A DNA stretch of 64,000 nucleotides from a virus. The stretch is taken from positions 1-64,000 of the IMG/VR virus record IMGVR_UViG_3300016457_000282. One strand, given 5' to 3'. Below are positions 49,600-59,336 of this stretch, in pieces (position 1 is the first letter of the stretch; each line of letters opens with the position of its first letter). A program made the translations under genes and the position numbers. The notes under the pieces were generated by a model. It did no database searches. It saw only the letters and a list, made by a program, of their open reading frames with translations, and was not told the origin of the DNA.

Positions 49600-49900
49600 T
49601 CTCCGTTAGTGTTAAGGAGAGGTTGAAGCGCGAGCTTGGTGTTACGCCAAGACTAATTTACTTACCATTGTGCGTAGTCTTGAGCAGGTTCGCCTCGCTT
49701 CGTCTCGGCAAAGCTGCGCAAGATAGAACCTCTCCAACTTTCACAAAAGAGGTCGCTGTCGTGAATCCTTTAAGTTTGTACTCTCAAATTGTGAAAAGAA
49801 CTTTCAGAAGAGAAAAAGACGAGAGTTCGCCGAGTTCTTCATAGGTACTCTTAGTTTGGTTGTAAACCCTCACGACTGGTTGGACTGTCTCACTCTAACT
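49600..49900 (+). ncRNA. Putative structured RNA upstream of the RT (msr/msd-like candidate)
   Basis: Nested stems: GGAGAGGTT(49616)/AACCTCTCC(49727); GCGC-AGCTT/AAGCT-GCGC; CAAGACTA(49648)/TAGTCTTG(49675); GTCGTGA(49758)/TCACGAC(49870). Confidence 0.45.
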
Positions 49901-49934
49901 ATAAACCATATAACGCCTATTAAAGAGGAATAGT

Positions 49935-50897
49935 ATGTTCAGCTTGGACGAACTGTTGTCGATCTTTAACGATGTTGAAGAAGTTGAGATGTCTCCTTCC
50001 TTTGCTTTTGTTTACTCACAGTTGGTAGAGAAAGGCACTTCTGCTTTTTGGTTAGGAGTGCGTAAGCACGCTTTGAGAGATTGGTATGAACAGTACCATA
50101 ATGTGTTAAGCGAAGACGTTAAAGTTGAGTATACTCCTGTTAGGATCCCTAAAAGGTCTGGTGGTTTTAGAACTCTGTACATTCCTTCAGATCAACTCAA
50201 GGAGAGACAGCGAGCGTGGTTAAAGCTAACCTACATTTTGGTTCCTAAAGTGACGCACGCTTATGCGTTCGAGAAACGCAGATCTTTACGAGATGCTCTT
50301 GAAAAGCATGTAGGTAACTACTTGTTCCTAAGACTGGACATAAAGGATGCTTATCCTTCGATCAGAAAAAAAGTTCTCGACTCAGTACTGGTAAAGCACG
50401 ATGTGCCGCTTTCTGTTAGACAAATGTTGATAAGAGATTGTTACTTTAAAGGTTTACCTCAAGGAGCTCCTACTTCGGGCCGGTTGTTCAATATCGTGCT
50501 TTCTCAGACTGATTTAGTAATTGCAGAAGTAATTGCGAGACTACACGGTGTATACACTCGTTACGCAGATGATATACTAGTGTCCTTTCCTAAAGACGCT
50601 AAAATCTCCATCTCAAAAACGAGTCAGGTCATTAACCGTTACCTAAACAAAATCAGTCTTGAGCTTCATCCTTCTAAGTTAAGAGTCGGAAGAGGCAAGC
50701 TACGAGTTTTGGGTTGTGTAGTTCATTCTGACAAAGTTACGATATCGCGTAAGGTTAGAAGATTGTACCGAGCTATGCTTCACAACAATAAGACAGGTAA
50801 GATCTCATTAAGTAAACATAAAATCAACGGTATCAAAGGTTGGTTAAATATGGTGTACCGAAGTGAAACGGTTCCGGCTATAGGACCTATCTCATAG
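49935..50897 (+). CDS. Retron-type reverse transcriptase
   Basis: IPKRSGGFR, AYAF...ALEKH (region X-like), LDIKDAYPSI, GLPQGAPTS, YTRYADD, VLG (region Y-like). Confidence 0.85.
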   Translation: MFSLDELLSIFNDVEEVEMSPSFAFVYSQLVEKGTSAFWLGVRKHALRDWYEQYHNVLSEDVKVEYTPVRIPKRSGGFRTLYIPSDQLKERQRAWLKLTYILVPKVTHAYAFEKRRSLRDALEKHVGNYLFLRLDIKDAYPSIRKKVLDSVLVKHDVPLSVRQMLIRDCYFKGLPQGAPTSGRLFNIVLSQTDLVIAEVIARLHGVYTRYADDILVSFPKDAKISISKTSQVINRYLNKISLELHPSKLRVGRGKLRVLGCVVHSDKVTISRKVRRLYRAMLHNNKTGKISLSKHKINGIKGWLNMVYRSETVPAIGPIS

Positions 50898-50988
50898 TGA
50901 GTGTTACGCTCACTTGCTACTTAGTCACTTCGCAGTCGTAAAGGTACAAGGTCTCAGCCGGAACTACTAAATTAAGAGGAGGTAAAAT

Positions 50989-51354
50989 ATGGGAACACAA
51001 GCTACTGTTACTGTATACGATGAAGACGACCGTCCTATCTGTTTAATCTACATACTGTTTGATGGATATTTGAGCGGTGTAGGAAAGCAGCTACAAGAGT
51101 TTCTAAAAGTACGTCGCTATGTTAACGGAATTCCTGTAGGAGCGACAAATGTCTACAACGGAATGACAGACCTTGCGGCTCAGCTTGTTTGGTATTTGAA
51201 GAAAGGAGAGTCAGGTAATGTGTACTTAGTGCCATTAGAAGAAGAACTCGGCTGTACAGACTACGAGTACGAAATTCGGTTTGTAGACGGCAACGCTCAC
51301 TTACGGGAATTGACACAGAAAGTAGTACTTTATCCTGAAGTAAAAATTGAGTAA
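50989..51354 (+). CDS. Conserved phage hypothetical protein
   Basis: MGT.......Y...DGY..G.G..L..FL...NGM..LAAQLV. Confidence 0.6.
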   Translation: MGTQATVTVYDEDDRPICLIYILFDGYLSGVGKQLQEFLKVRRYVNGIPVGATNVYNGMTDLAAQLVWYLKKGESGNVYLVPLEEELGCTDYEYEIRFVDGNAHLRELTQKVVLYPEVKIE

Positions 51355-51366
51355 AGGAGACTGGAT

Positions 51367-51996
51367 ATGCAACTAAGACAAGGTTCTGTAATTGCGGCGA
51401 AGGTATGGTTAGACAAGAAAGTAGTTGATCTCTCATTAGCTCTAGTGAAAATAGAACATCAAGACAAGCCTGTTCTGCGTTACGTCTCAGACGACTTGTC
51501 TATTGTTACTTCTTACTTCTCTTCGAGCAGCACAGGAGCCAGTATTAGTGATTACGTTCTCAAGTGTCCTGAGAAAGTAGAAGAAGTAATAACAAAAGAC
51601 ATTCAGGAAATCGATGCTTACCTCAGAGCCGAAGAAGAAAAACGAAAGAAGCTTGAGGAAGAAAAACGTCGTGAAGCTAAAGCAAAATACGAGCGTATCA
51701 AACAGTCGCCTGTTACTAAACCTTCTGTCATTCCTGGACTTATATTCCGTCGCTCAGACCCCGTGCTGGCATTTGGCAGAAAGTATGTTCACTACTATCT
51801 TTCAATTGTGTCTGAAGAGACTGGAAATGAGTTGTACATATCCAATTATGTTACAAGAAATGGAAGGTATCTCGTAAAGAAGTTTAGTTGCGATATGTAC
51901 TTGTACTGGCAAAAGAAAGTTCCGTCTAAAGGACCAAAACAGATTCTACAAATTTTACATCGTGAGTACGAAGAATTACGTAAGGATTGGTGTTAA
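51367..51996 (+). CDS. Hypothetical protein
   Basis: RBS; central coiled coil. Confidence 0.55.
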   Translation: MQLRQGSVIAAKVWLDKKVVDLSLALVKIEHQDKPVLRYVSDDLSIVTSYFSSSSTGASISDYVLKCPEKVEEVITKDIQEIDAYLRAEEEKRKKLEEEKRREAKAKYERIKQSPVTKPSVIPGLIFRRSDPVLAFGRKYVHYYLSIVSEETGNELYISNYVTRNGRYLVKKFSCDMYLYWQKKVPSKGPKQILQILHREYEELRKDWC

Positions 51997-52010
51997 GAAA
52001 GGAGTGTATT

Positions 52011-52145
52011 ATGAACTTCCTAAAAGGATTAATATTTGGCGGTAGTATATGTTTGATTAGTAGTGATGGTTCATGGTTTCCTGTAGCGAACTTTATAGGT
52101 TTATTGATTTTATGTGTAACTGTTAAGTACTTAGTAAAGGAGTAA
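52011..52145 (+). CDS. Small membrane protein (44 aa, not in ORF track)
   Basis: AAGGAG RBS; MNFLKGLIFGG...WFPVANFIGLLIL. Confidence 0.45.
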   Translation: MNFLKGLIFGGSICLISSDGSWFPVANFIGLLILCVTVKYLVKE

Positions 52146-52374
52146 ATGATGACTGAGTTTAAGAGAAAAGAAGAAGTCTATGTTGTGATTCGTTACCTAC
52201 CTGGTGACAATCACAGAGTTGATGTGTTTGAGATTACCGCTAAGAGTTTCAACGACGCACAAACTAAAGCCTTTGACTACGTTAATTTGGACTATGCGGG
52301 ATTTTGTTGACCCAAAGTCAATTTCAAGAGTTGTGTAAGAAGATTAGTAACTTGTAGAAAAAGGAGATAGAAGT

Positions 52375-52752
52375 ATGAGAAGTCGTTTGATCGAAGTTTT
52401 CAAAGAGTTGCGTAAAGAAGGATTCCTCGCTCGAGCCAATTTTATGTGTTGTCGAAATTGCGCAGGATCAGAGCTTGCTTGTAGAGCTGAAAAACTTTAT
52501 GAGAAAGGAAAGGAAGTTAAAGGAGCTATCTTTTGGACTCGGCAAGATGAGGAGAGTCTTAGAAATCATAGTCGAATGTACATTGCTTATGGACCTTGTG
52601 TTACTCAAAAATATGGTACAATAGGATTGTCAACTAAAGAAGTAGGAAAGAAATTATGCGAAAAACTCGATGCTTATCACATTCCTTATCGCTGGAACGG
52701 CGATCCTAATGTAAGGATCTTAGTAGGCGAAAATATTGATCAGGAGGTATGA
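52375..52752 (+). CDS. DUF6891-like protein
   Basis: F..LRK.G..AR.NF.CC..C...QD...W.G....RI. Confidence 0.6.
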   Translation: MRSRLIEVFKELRKEGFLARANFMCCRNCAGSELACRAEKLYEKGKEVKGAIFWTRQDEESLRNHSRMYIAYGPCVTQKYGTIGLSTKEVGKKLCEKLDAYHIPYRWNGDPNVRILVGENIDQEV

Positions 52753-52753
52753 C

Positions 52754-53242
52754 ATGTTAACAATCGCAAGAAAGTTCTCGTTTAATGCCGCTCATCGATT
52801 GAGCGAGACTGTACCAGAAGGACATCCGTGTTCTCGAGTTCATGGACACACGTACAAAGGTGAATTTTCGATTACAACTACTCAAGAGCCGCACGAATTT
52901 AGAGGAATGCTCGTTGATTTTTCAGTGTTAAAACAACTCCTCAAAAGAGAAGTTGAGGACTTTTTCGATCACAAGTTCTTGACAAGTGATGCTAGTACTG
53001 ATAAAAAAGGAACGGTAATACTACCTATAGATCCTACAGTTGAATACTTAACCTATCTTAGTACCGTTAAGATGTACTTTGCGTTAAAGAATACTCTCTC
53101 ACAGCCTACTTTTGAGGCTATTGCGTCTTTGTGCACGACTCTGTATGAAACTGAGCGTTCTTGGGGCGCTTACAGCTTGATGCTGCCTGTTAACACTGAA
53201 GATGCTTTGACTGAGGAGTTGTCCTCAATCAAAACACTTTAG
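52754..53242 (+). CDS. queD: 6-carboxytetrahydropterin synthase
   Basis: F.AAHRL, C.R.HGHTY, DF..LK, DHKFL, PT.E, ET. Confidence 0.85.
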   Translation: MLTIARKFSFNAAHRLSETVPEGHPCSRVHGHTYKGEFSITTTQEPHEFRGMLVDFSVLKQLLKREVEDFFDHKFLTSDASTDKKGTVILPIDPTVEYLTYLSTVKMYFALKNTLSQPTFEAIASLCTTLYETERSWGAYSLMLPVNTEDALTEELSSIKTL

Positions 53243-53251
53243 GAGTAAGTC

Positions 53252-53434
53252 GTGAAGGACTACATTACAATTTGTTGTAGAAAGTGCGGCAGAGAGCTTG
53301 CTCTGATCGCTTGTAGAGAGTTCGAGGTAGTGTCTTGTGACTACTCTGACTTTAGCTACTCTAAGGCATTGAACGAGTTTTGGATCGGCGAATACTGTGA
53401 AGAGTGTGCAGCGTCGTTGAGTAAATACGACTAG
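53252..53434 (+). CDS. Small Zn-finger protein
   Basis: CRKC...CEEC. Confidence 0.45.
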   Translation: MKDYITICCRKCGRELALIACREFEVVSCDYSDFSYSKALNEFWIGEYCEECAASLSKYD

Positions 53435-53592
53435 CGAGTTCTACCAGCACCTTTCCCGCGACCGCCTCCCATTCCGAAACCAGGTCCTCCAAATTTACAA
53501 GGACCTCTATTACGACCTTGTCGTTGTCCTCCCGAAACGCCTCTACCTCGGCCTCTACCATCACGCGGTCTTGGTGGTTGTCTTAGTGCCAT
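53431..53592 (-). CDS. Small Arg/Gly-rich protein (53 aa, not in ORF track)
   Basis: MALRQPPRPRDGRGRGRGVSGGQRQGRNRGPCKFGGPGFGMGGGRGKGAGRTR; GAGGT RBS and its own promoter. Confidence 0.7.
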   Translation of the reverse strand: MALRQPPRPRDGRGRGRGVSGGQRQGRNRGPCKFGGPGFGMGGGRGKGAGRTR

Positions 53593-53618
53593 TATTTACC
53601 TCTTTTTGTTTTTTCCTA

Positions 53619-53647
53619 AGTATAGATGCTGATCAACGGATTGTCAA
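53619..53647 (-). promoter_or_regulatory. Near-consensus sigma70 promoter
   Basis: TTGACA-17 nt-TATACT on the minus strand. Confidence 0.75.
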
Positions 53648-53648
53648 C

Positions 53649-53963
53649 ATGTACTTGCAATTAACAATGTTGTTAATGCTGCTTCAGGTACTCGATGTAG
53701 TATTAACTATGTACTTAGGATGTGGGGAAGCTAATCCGCTTGTGAGACCGTTGTTAGAGAATTCACCTAGACTGTTGATTGTAGTGAAAGTGCTGTTGGC
53801 TTATACCGTAGGACTGTTGTGTTGTTTAGACAAAAAAGTGAATTTACTGATATTTGTATGTGTAGTATACAGTTTGTTGGTTTTGACAGAATGTGCGTTT
53901 GTTATGTGCTCTTTTTTTTATTTTTTAGAAAAATTTTTTAGAAAAAATGTTACTTGTTCATAG
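53649..53963 (+). CDS. DUF5658-like membrane protein
   Basis: LDVVLT....G.GEANP.......K. Confidence 0.55.
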   Translation: MYLQLTMLLMLLQVLDVVLTMYLGCGEANPLVRPLLENSPRLLIVVKVLLAYTVGLLCCLDKKVNLLIFVCVVYSLLVLTECAFVMCSFFYFLEKFFRKNVTCS

Positions 53964-54063
53964 TCCTAGTAAATAAGGTAGTAGGAATATGGGAACTCGT
54001 TCGGCGATGGCAATAATTCAGCCTATAGGGATTTAGGAAGTTGAGAGGACTTTCGATGGAGCG

Positions 54064-54381
54064 ATGTTAACCGACGCCGCTCGTCGTGTAGTTGATAATC
54101 TGATCGAGACTGGAGAACTAGTACTACTTGACGTTGACGACATTGGTACCGGTGCTGTAGAGTACAATGAAGAAAGGAAGTACGATCAAGAGTATTTCAT
54201 GGCGATTGACCCTCATCGTAAGTTGTTGTGGTTAGATCCTTCTACTCTCTACTGTATTGGTCGAACTCTAGTTGAATGTTGCAGAAAAGTAATTGAGCTA
54301 TACGACAAACGAGGTTGGGAAGTACGATTAGCGTACGACACTACAGATGTGAAAAACAATACATACGGTCGAAGTTATTAA
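54064..54381 (+). CDS. Hypothetical protein
   Basis: 105-aa ORF. Confidence 0.45.
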   Translation: MLTDAARRVVDNLIETGELVLLDVDDIGTGAVEYNEERKYDQEYFMAIDPHRKLLWLDPSTLYCIGRTLVECCRKVIELYDKRGWEVRLAYDTTDVKNNTYGRSY

Positions 54382-54394
54382 GAACTACAACTTT

Positions 54395-54748
54395 TTGTAC
54401 AGGAGGCTCGCGATGCAAGTAGTTCGTTCAGAGGTTATTACATTAGATAAGTTACGAACTGTTTTAGAAGAAAACAAAGGTGTGTTGTTGTGGGTTTGTT
54501 TCTACTCGCCGTCCTACAGAATCCTCAAAGGACCTTACGACGCTGCTGGTAGAGAACGAGCGTACAGTTGGTTTTCGGCCTATCTCGATAGAGGCATGGA
54601 CCGTGAAAGTATGGGTGCTTCTAGTCCAGAAGAGTTGATCAGGTTCATTCAAGAGAGAATGTTAGTTGGAGACCAGTTTTATTGGTTTGCGTCTGAAGCT
54701 GATCTAATTGCTTGGTTACGTGAAACACCGATAGTTAAACAAGATTAA
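54395..54748 (+). CDS. Hypothetical protein
   Basis: GGAGG precedes an internal ATG at 54413. Confidence 0.5.
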   Translation: MYRRLAMQVVRSEVITLDKLRTVLEENKGVLLWVCFYSPSYRILKGPYDAAGRERAYSWFSAYLDRGMDRESMGASSPEELIRFIQERMLVGDQFYWFASEADLIAWLRETPIVKQD

Positions 54749-54764
54749 GGAGGAGTGTGCTATT

Positions 54765-55754
54765 ATGTATAGAATCGAAGGAAGTTACGCGTTAAAAGAA
54801 GTACTAGTAAAGTGTCTGCGAAACAATTTATCTGTTTTGGCCTCAGGGGCGCCAGGTATTGGGAAGAGCGAAATTTTCTTCCAAGCTATAAGTGAAGTCT
54901 CAGAATCGTTTGCTGTACTGACACCGACTGAGGTACGACTCTATTTAATGGAGCCAGGTGAGGCTAAAGGCATTCCTTGGCTAGTTGAGAGAAGGACTGT
55001 TTGGTCTCGGCCTGATTGGCTACCAGAAAAGGAAAACACGGCTCTGTTTTTCGACGACATTCATTTAGTTCGTGAATACAATCAAAGCCCTTTATATGAG
55101 TTACTATTGTGCAGAAGACTGCATGGACATACAGTTCCAGAGTCGACCAGGTTCGTTGCAGCTGGAAATATTGGTCTGGCGTCAGCTAGCGCCTCTGAGA
55201 TAATGGCGCCTATTATGGATAGGTTCGACCTTTTCGTCGGGTACACTCCTACTCTAGAAGACTTCGTAAAGTATGCGATTTCTCAAGGTCTTGATAATAG
55301 AATTATTACATTCTTGTCTTCTTATGGAACAGACTACTTATATACGCCTGATCCAGGAACGAGTCAGAAGTTTCCATCGCCTCGAGCTTGGTTTTCTTTA
55401 GATAAGGCACTTAAGGCAGGATTCTCAATTGAAGTGGCTCCAGGTGTAGTAGGAATCGATGCTGGATCCAAAATAGTAGATGCTTGGCCTTTTCTGAATC
55501 AGTCTCTCAATGATCTTTTGTCGAAAGATTTCACTGACGCTGATTTGAAAGATCAAGTAGCCGCGGCAGCCTTTCTATCGTCATACAAGCCCACAGACCG
55601 CATACTTGTGACAATTAAGAAGTTGACTCCGGACGCTCGAGCTTGTTACTTCAGACTAGTTCTCACTCGATTTCCCGATCAGGTCAAGTTCCTGTATCGT
55701 AATAGACACATGAAAGAAATTGTAGATGAACTAGCAGCTATTTTAGGAGAGTAA
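54765..55754 (+). CDS. MoxR-like AAA+ ATPase
   Basis: GAPGIGKS, LFFDD, AAGN, DRF, SPRAW. Confidence 0.85.
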   Translation: MYRIEGSYALKEVLVKCLRNNLSVLASGAPGIGKSEIFFQAISEVSESFAVLTPTEVRLYLMEPGEAKGIPWLVERRTVWSRPDWLPEKENTALFFDDIHLVREYNQSPLYELLLCRRLHGHTVPESTRFVAAGNIGLASASASEIMAPIMDRFDLFVGYTPTLEDFVKYAISQGLDNRIITFLSSYGTDYLYTPDPGTSQKFPSPRAWFSLDKALKAGFSIEVAPGVVGIDAGSKIVDAWPFLNQSLNDLLSKDFTDADLKDQVAAAAFLSSYKPTDRILVTIKKLTPDARACYFRLVLTRFPDQVKFLYRNRHMKEIVDELAAILGE

Positions 55755-55755
55755 A

Positions 55756-56901
55756 ATGAAGAAACAAAAGGATACAAAACTAAGAATTGATGCTTATCGA
55801 AAGGTAGGAACATCTGCTGCATTACAAATTCCGATCTACTTCGATAAGTTGCCTAGTGAAATAGGCGGTTGTCTGGTTCGAGATAGTCACATTGTAATAT
55901 CTGAAGAAGAAGATTATCAAACTCAGTTGTTTGTGTACTGTCACGAACTGCTACACTACATATTCAACCACATTAGAAGAGGTGCTGGAAAAGATCGAGT
56001 CCTTTGGGGACTAGCTATTGACCATGTTGTAAACAACTTATTAACTACTGTCCTCGAGCTTGAGTCTGTGAATTGGGTTGAACAACATAGGTTTATACTG
56101 TTTCGAGATATTCCTGATGGGCCTGCCGAGTTGATTTATCGAGAGTTACAACGCTTAGTAGATAAGACTAAAAAGGAAGGAAAAACCGAGTTTAAGTTTG
56201 GCGGCAAGACAATACGATTAGTACCGCTTACTGTAGATGGTATCAGACCCCCTAAGCACTTTACTGAACCTCTGCCGATAAGTACTGGATCATTATATGA
56301 GTTTGGGAATCATCTCAAGTCCCAAGGTAGTGTTTCTGCCGACGTGCTGCGTGAGATTGACCAAGGTTATAAGTCTCAAGTTCCTTGGGAGCGAGTAATC
56401 GCGGCTAGGATTTTGTCTTTCATAGGAAAGAAAGTTGCTACACCAACCTATACGAAGTTACCGTACTACCAAATCGCTTGCGACGTTCGTTTAGCTGGTA
56501 ACTACAAGAAGGAGTTTAATCTCGTTACGGCTTTTGATACCTCAGGTAGTATTTCGCAACAAGAACTTTCGAAATTCTGTGCTGAATATCAACGAGTTGA
56601 GAAGTTAGTTTCAGAACATTGGGTTTATGTGATAGATGCTGATATTCACGCTGTATTACATAACCCGTCGTATGACGAGCTGGTTGCGAACTTGAGAGGA
56701 GGTGGAGGTACTAGTCTAGCACCGCCTTTTGAAGATGTTGAGAAGAGAAAACTGAAACCTGACTTGTTCGTATACTTTACAGACACTTTTGGTACCTTTC
56801 CTCAAAAGACACCTACTTACTCTGTGATTTGGATTGTAGTTAGAACTTTCCAAACGTTAGACATACGAGTACCTTTTGGTACTGTTTACTATATTGATTA
56901 A
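55756..56901 (+). CDS. DUF2201-like metallopeptidase + VWA protein
   Basis: HELLH...H..R; DTSGS MIDAS; GGGGT; YFTD.FG. Confidence 0.85.
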   Translation: MKKQKDTKLRIDAYRKVGTSAALQIPIYFDKLPSEIGGCLVRDSHIVISEEEDYQTQLFVYCHELLHYIFNHIRRGAGKDRVLWGLAIDHVVNNLLTTVLELESVNWVEQHRFILFRDIPDGPAELIYRELQRLVDKTKKEGKTEFKFGGKTIRLVPLTVDGIRPPKHFTEPLPISTGSLYEFGNHLKSQGSVSADVLREIDQGYKSQVPWERVIAARILSFIGKKVATPTYTKLPYYQIACDVRLAGNYKKEFNLVTAFDTSGSISQQELSKFCAEYQRVEKLVSEHWVYVIDADIHAVLHNPSYDELVANLRGGGGTSLAPPFEDVEKRKLKPDLFVYFTDTFGTFPQKTPTYSVIWIVVRTFQTLDIRVPFGTVYYID

Positions 56902-56921
56902 GTGAAAGGAGGAATCAAGAA

Positions 56922-57173
56922 GTGAAATTTCTAGGAACTTGCCGTAAGTGCGGCGCTCGAATGTATCGTAATAGTAACGGCAGTATAGTTAGCTCGCCAG
57001 CGTCAGATTGTTTGTGTGAGTTAAGTTTGCGAGATCTTCCTTTAGAAGACGAGTACAAAATTACTCTGACTAAAGAGGATCTCATCTCTTTAGATGAAGG
57101 AGACTATGTTGAAGTAGAACGAGTAATAGAGAACATTTTGGATCAAGTAAGACAACGTATAGACGCTCAGTAA
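56922..57173 (+). CDS. Small hypothetical protein
   Basis: CRKCG; strong RBS. Confidence 0.5.
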   Translation: MKFLGTCRKCGARMYRNSNGSIVSSPASDCLCELSLRDLPLEDEYKITLTKEDLISLDEGDYVEVERVIENILDQVRQRIDAQ

Positions 57174-57177
57174 CCTT

Positions 57178-57630
57178 TTGTGTAAGGAGGTCAAAACGAT
57201 GTTTGATCACGAACGTGATAGTTTAGCTGAAGCAGTAGGGATTGAGAAGACAGTACTCTTTCAAGAGTTTATAGATTTGCAGCGACGAATAATGTCATTT
57301 CTAGAAGGAGACTTGGCTAGGTTTGAACAGACGGTCGAGTATCTCTGTGAAAAACCGAGAGTTTTGGTTGCTACGCTGTTAATGACAGCTCGTAGACAAA
57401 CGGCGCAAGTGTGTTCATTAATGTCTGAACCTGTTAATCGGTTATCTAACGTACTAGGAGCTCTGGCACAAGGAGCTAGCGGTGCTCCTGAACCTTATTC
57501 AATGCGGCCTTCTGAGGAAGTAGAAGTATTGAGTATTCTACCTCGTGAATACTTAGCGACTCAAACTATCTTGTGGAATGTCTGTCTACTTATCTTAACA
57601 ACTATACTGATTAGTGATTATGAACCCTAA
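57178..57630 (+). CDS. Hypothetical protein
   Basis: Likely start at ATG 57199 after AAGGAGG. Confidence 0.5.
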   Translation: MCKEVKTMFDHERDSLAEAVGIEKTVLFQEFIDLQRRIMSFLEGDLARFEQTVEYLCEKPRVLVATLLMTARRQTAQVCSLMSEPVNRLSNVLGALAQGASGAPEPYSMRPSEEVEVLSILPREYLATQTILWNVCLLILTTILISDYEP

Positions 57631-57832
57631 AATGATAAATAAACCCAAGGCAGTTTGTAAGAAGTGGATAAGTTGTCCGCTTTACGATAAATGTCTAACG
57701 AAAGCGGCCCAGCTCAACGCATTGGGCTGGACGTGTATAAAGTGTCCTTATTTCAAATTTGCTTCTCCGGACCAGATCGTTGAGTATAAGACAGGTCGTC
57801 CGTTAAAGTATTTACTAGCAGAGGCTTCATGA
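57614..57832 (+). CDS. Small Cys-rich protein
   Basis: C..YDKCL..AA......W.C..C. Confidence 0.5.
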   Translation: MIMNPKMINKPKAVCKKWISCPLYDKCLTKAAQLNALGWTCIKCPYFKFASPDQIVEYKTGRPLKYLLAEAS

Positions 57833-58335
57833 ACAGAAGATTAGCTCAACTCTTTGCAGGTAGTACTATCTGTCTTGCTGCTCTTACTTCATTTACAGCA
57901 GGTAAATACATTAGCGACAAATTTTCTCAGTACGACTATATCATTGCTCGACAACAAGAGATCATCTCTGATTTAACCAAGCAAGTAAGTTCCCTCACAG
58001 TAGAGCTCAAATCCCTGAAGTACAAGAACTATGTCATCGCTACTGTTACTGCATATTCGCCCTCCATTCGTGAATGCGACTCTACTCCCTATACCACTGC
58101 TTTTCTCAAAAGAGTTCATCCTAAGTACGTTGCTATTTCTCGAGACTTACTGCGCCAAGGTTGGTCGCCGGGTCGAAAAGTTTATATTGAAGGAATTGGA
58201 GTCAAAATCATTGGAGATCTAATGTCTCCAAAAGTAAAAGGACCACACGTTGATGTATTCATGTGGCGTAAAGAAGACGCTCTTAAGTTCGGTAAGTCCA
58301 AGAGATATGTTTTCTTAATGCAAGACTCGTTGTAA
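57829..58335 (+). CDS. 3D-domain protein (cell-wall hydrolase-like)
   Basis: TM + coiled coil, VTAYS..ECDSTP..TA, VAISRDL, D.M, VDVF...A.KFG. Confidence 0.8.
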   Translation: MNRRLAQLFAGSTICLAALTSFTAGKYISDKFSQYDYIIARQQEIISDLTKQVSSLTVELKSLKYKNYVIATVTAYSPSIRECDSTPYTTAFLKRVHPKYVAISRDLLRQGWSPGRKVYIEGIGVKIIGDLMSPKVKGPHVDVFMWRKEDALKFGKSKRYVFLMQDSL

Positions 58336-58458
58336 TACTCATTAATATAGGAAAAGTTTACTCTCGTTCGTGCCATCAAACGACAAGGAGTTAGACAGTA
58401 GCGCAACTCGGCGAAAAATCTCTTACTGTTCTCAAACTTTAGAAATGAGGAGGTTGTC

Positions 58459-58647
58459 GTGAAAGTGATTTGTTTATCTATCCCTGACGATCTTCTAGAT
58501 CAGTTCGACGAGATTTGTACACAATACCATCTCTCGCGGGCTACTGTCTTGAGGACTTACGTTAGAGCAGTTGTTGAGAATAAAGGGTTCCTTGACGTAG
58601 TTCTTCAAATCGAGGATCCGATAAAAGGGCCAGGACGAAGAGTATAA
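58459..58647 (+). CDS. Ribbon-helix-helix (CopG-like) regulator
   Basis: ICLSIPDDLLDQFDEIC....SRA.V.R. Confidence 0.7.
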   Translation: MKVICLSIPDDLLDQFDEICTQYHLSRATVLRTYVRAVVENKGFLDVVLQIEDPIKGPGRRV

Positions 58648-58664
58648 GTACGGAGGTAGAGGTT

Positions 58665-59336
58665 ATGCACTTTATACCGTCTAGTGTAAAAATTCTAACT
58701 GCGCGATTACCTAATTCGCGAGCAAGCTTAGAATTTCAATTCTTCAAGAAAACGATTACTATTCGTTTTGCGCCTATGTATACACAAAGTACAATACTCA
58801 AAAAACTAAAGAAAGATCCTGATATGACTTATTCAGATCTCGTCGACTTCTCTAGTTGGTATTGCGAGCGCCTTTATACAGGCAGAATGCGCTTTTTTAT
58901 TGAGATGGCGTCCGAAAAGGAGCTAGATCAGACGCTTAAGCAGTTACTCGATGAATTGGAGTATGAGAAATTTACCTCGTCTGCGGCATCGCCAAAGGAA
59001 TTTCTCCGTTATGTAGCAGTACGCGGACGGATTAGTATACCACCTATTTCCTTCTTAGTAATGGGTCACGGCTCAGTTGACCGTAAGTTTTCAGAAGCGT
59101 TATACTTCCAAGCTAATAAGGACTTACCTGCCGACGTGGTAAGCGTGATCCTCGAAAAGCTGGGCGTACTAGTGCCTACTAAGACATCGTTTGATCTTAA
59201 AAGCTCGTTCTTCTCAAATGAAAAAATCTCAGTGGTCTTAAGCAGCAACACGTATGCCTCAAGAATAATTAAGGACCGTTTGAGATTGTTAACTCTAGAC
59301 CAACTAATCACAGGTAGTAGTAAGGAGGTATCATGA
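58665..59336 (+). CDS. Hypothetical protein
   Basis: RBS; 223 aa. Confidence 0.5.
   Translation: MHFIPSSVKILTARLPNSRASLEFQFFKKTITIRFAPMYTQSTILKKLKKDPDMTYSDLVDFSSWYCERLYTGRMRFFIEMASEKELDQTLKQLLDELEYEKFTSSAASPKEFLRYVAVRGRISIPPISFLVMGHGSVDRKFSEALYFQANKDLPADVVSVILEKLGVLVPTKTSFDLKSSFFSNEKISVVLSSNTYASRIIKDRLRLLTLDQLITGSSKEVS

Noticed and set aside
49572-49844. 90-aa ORF upstream of the RT
   Set aside because: No RBS, and it overlaps the nested stems; more likely non-coding, though not excluded.
49935-50897. DGR or group II intron RT
   Set aside because: No TR/VR pair or avd seen, no maturase domain or domain V; motifs are retron-like.
53361-53564. 67-aa minus-strand ORF in the track
   Set aside because: An alternative frame (53431-53592) has the ATG, RBS and promoter.
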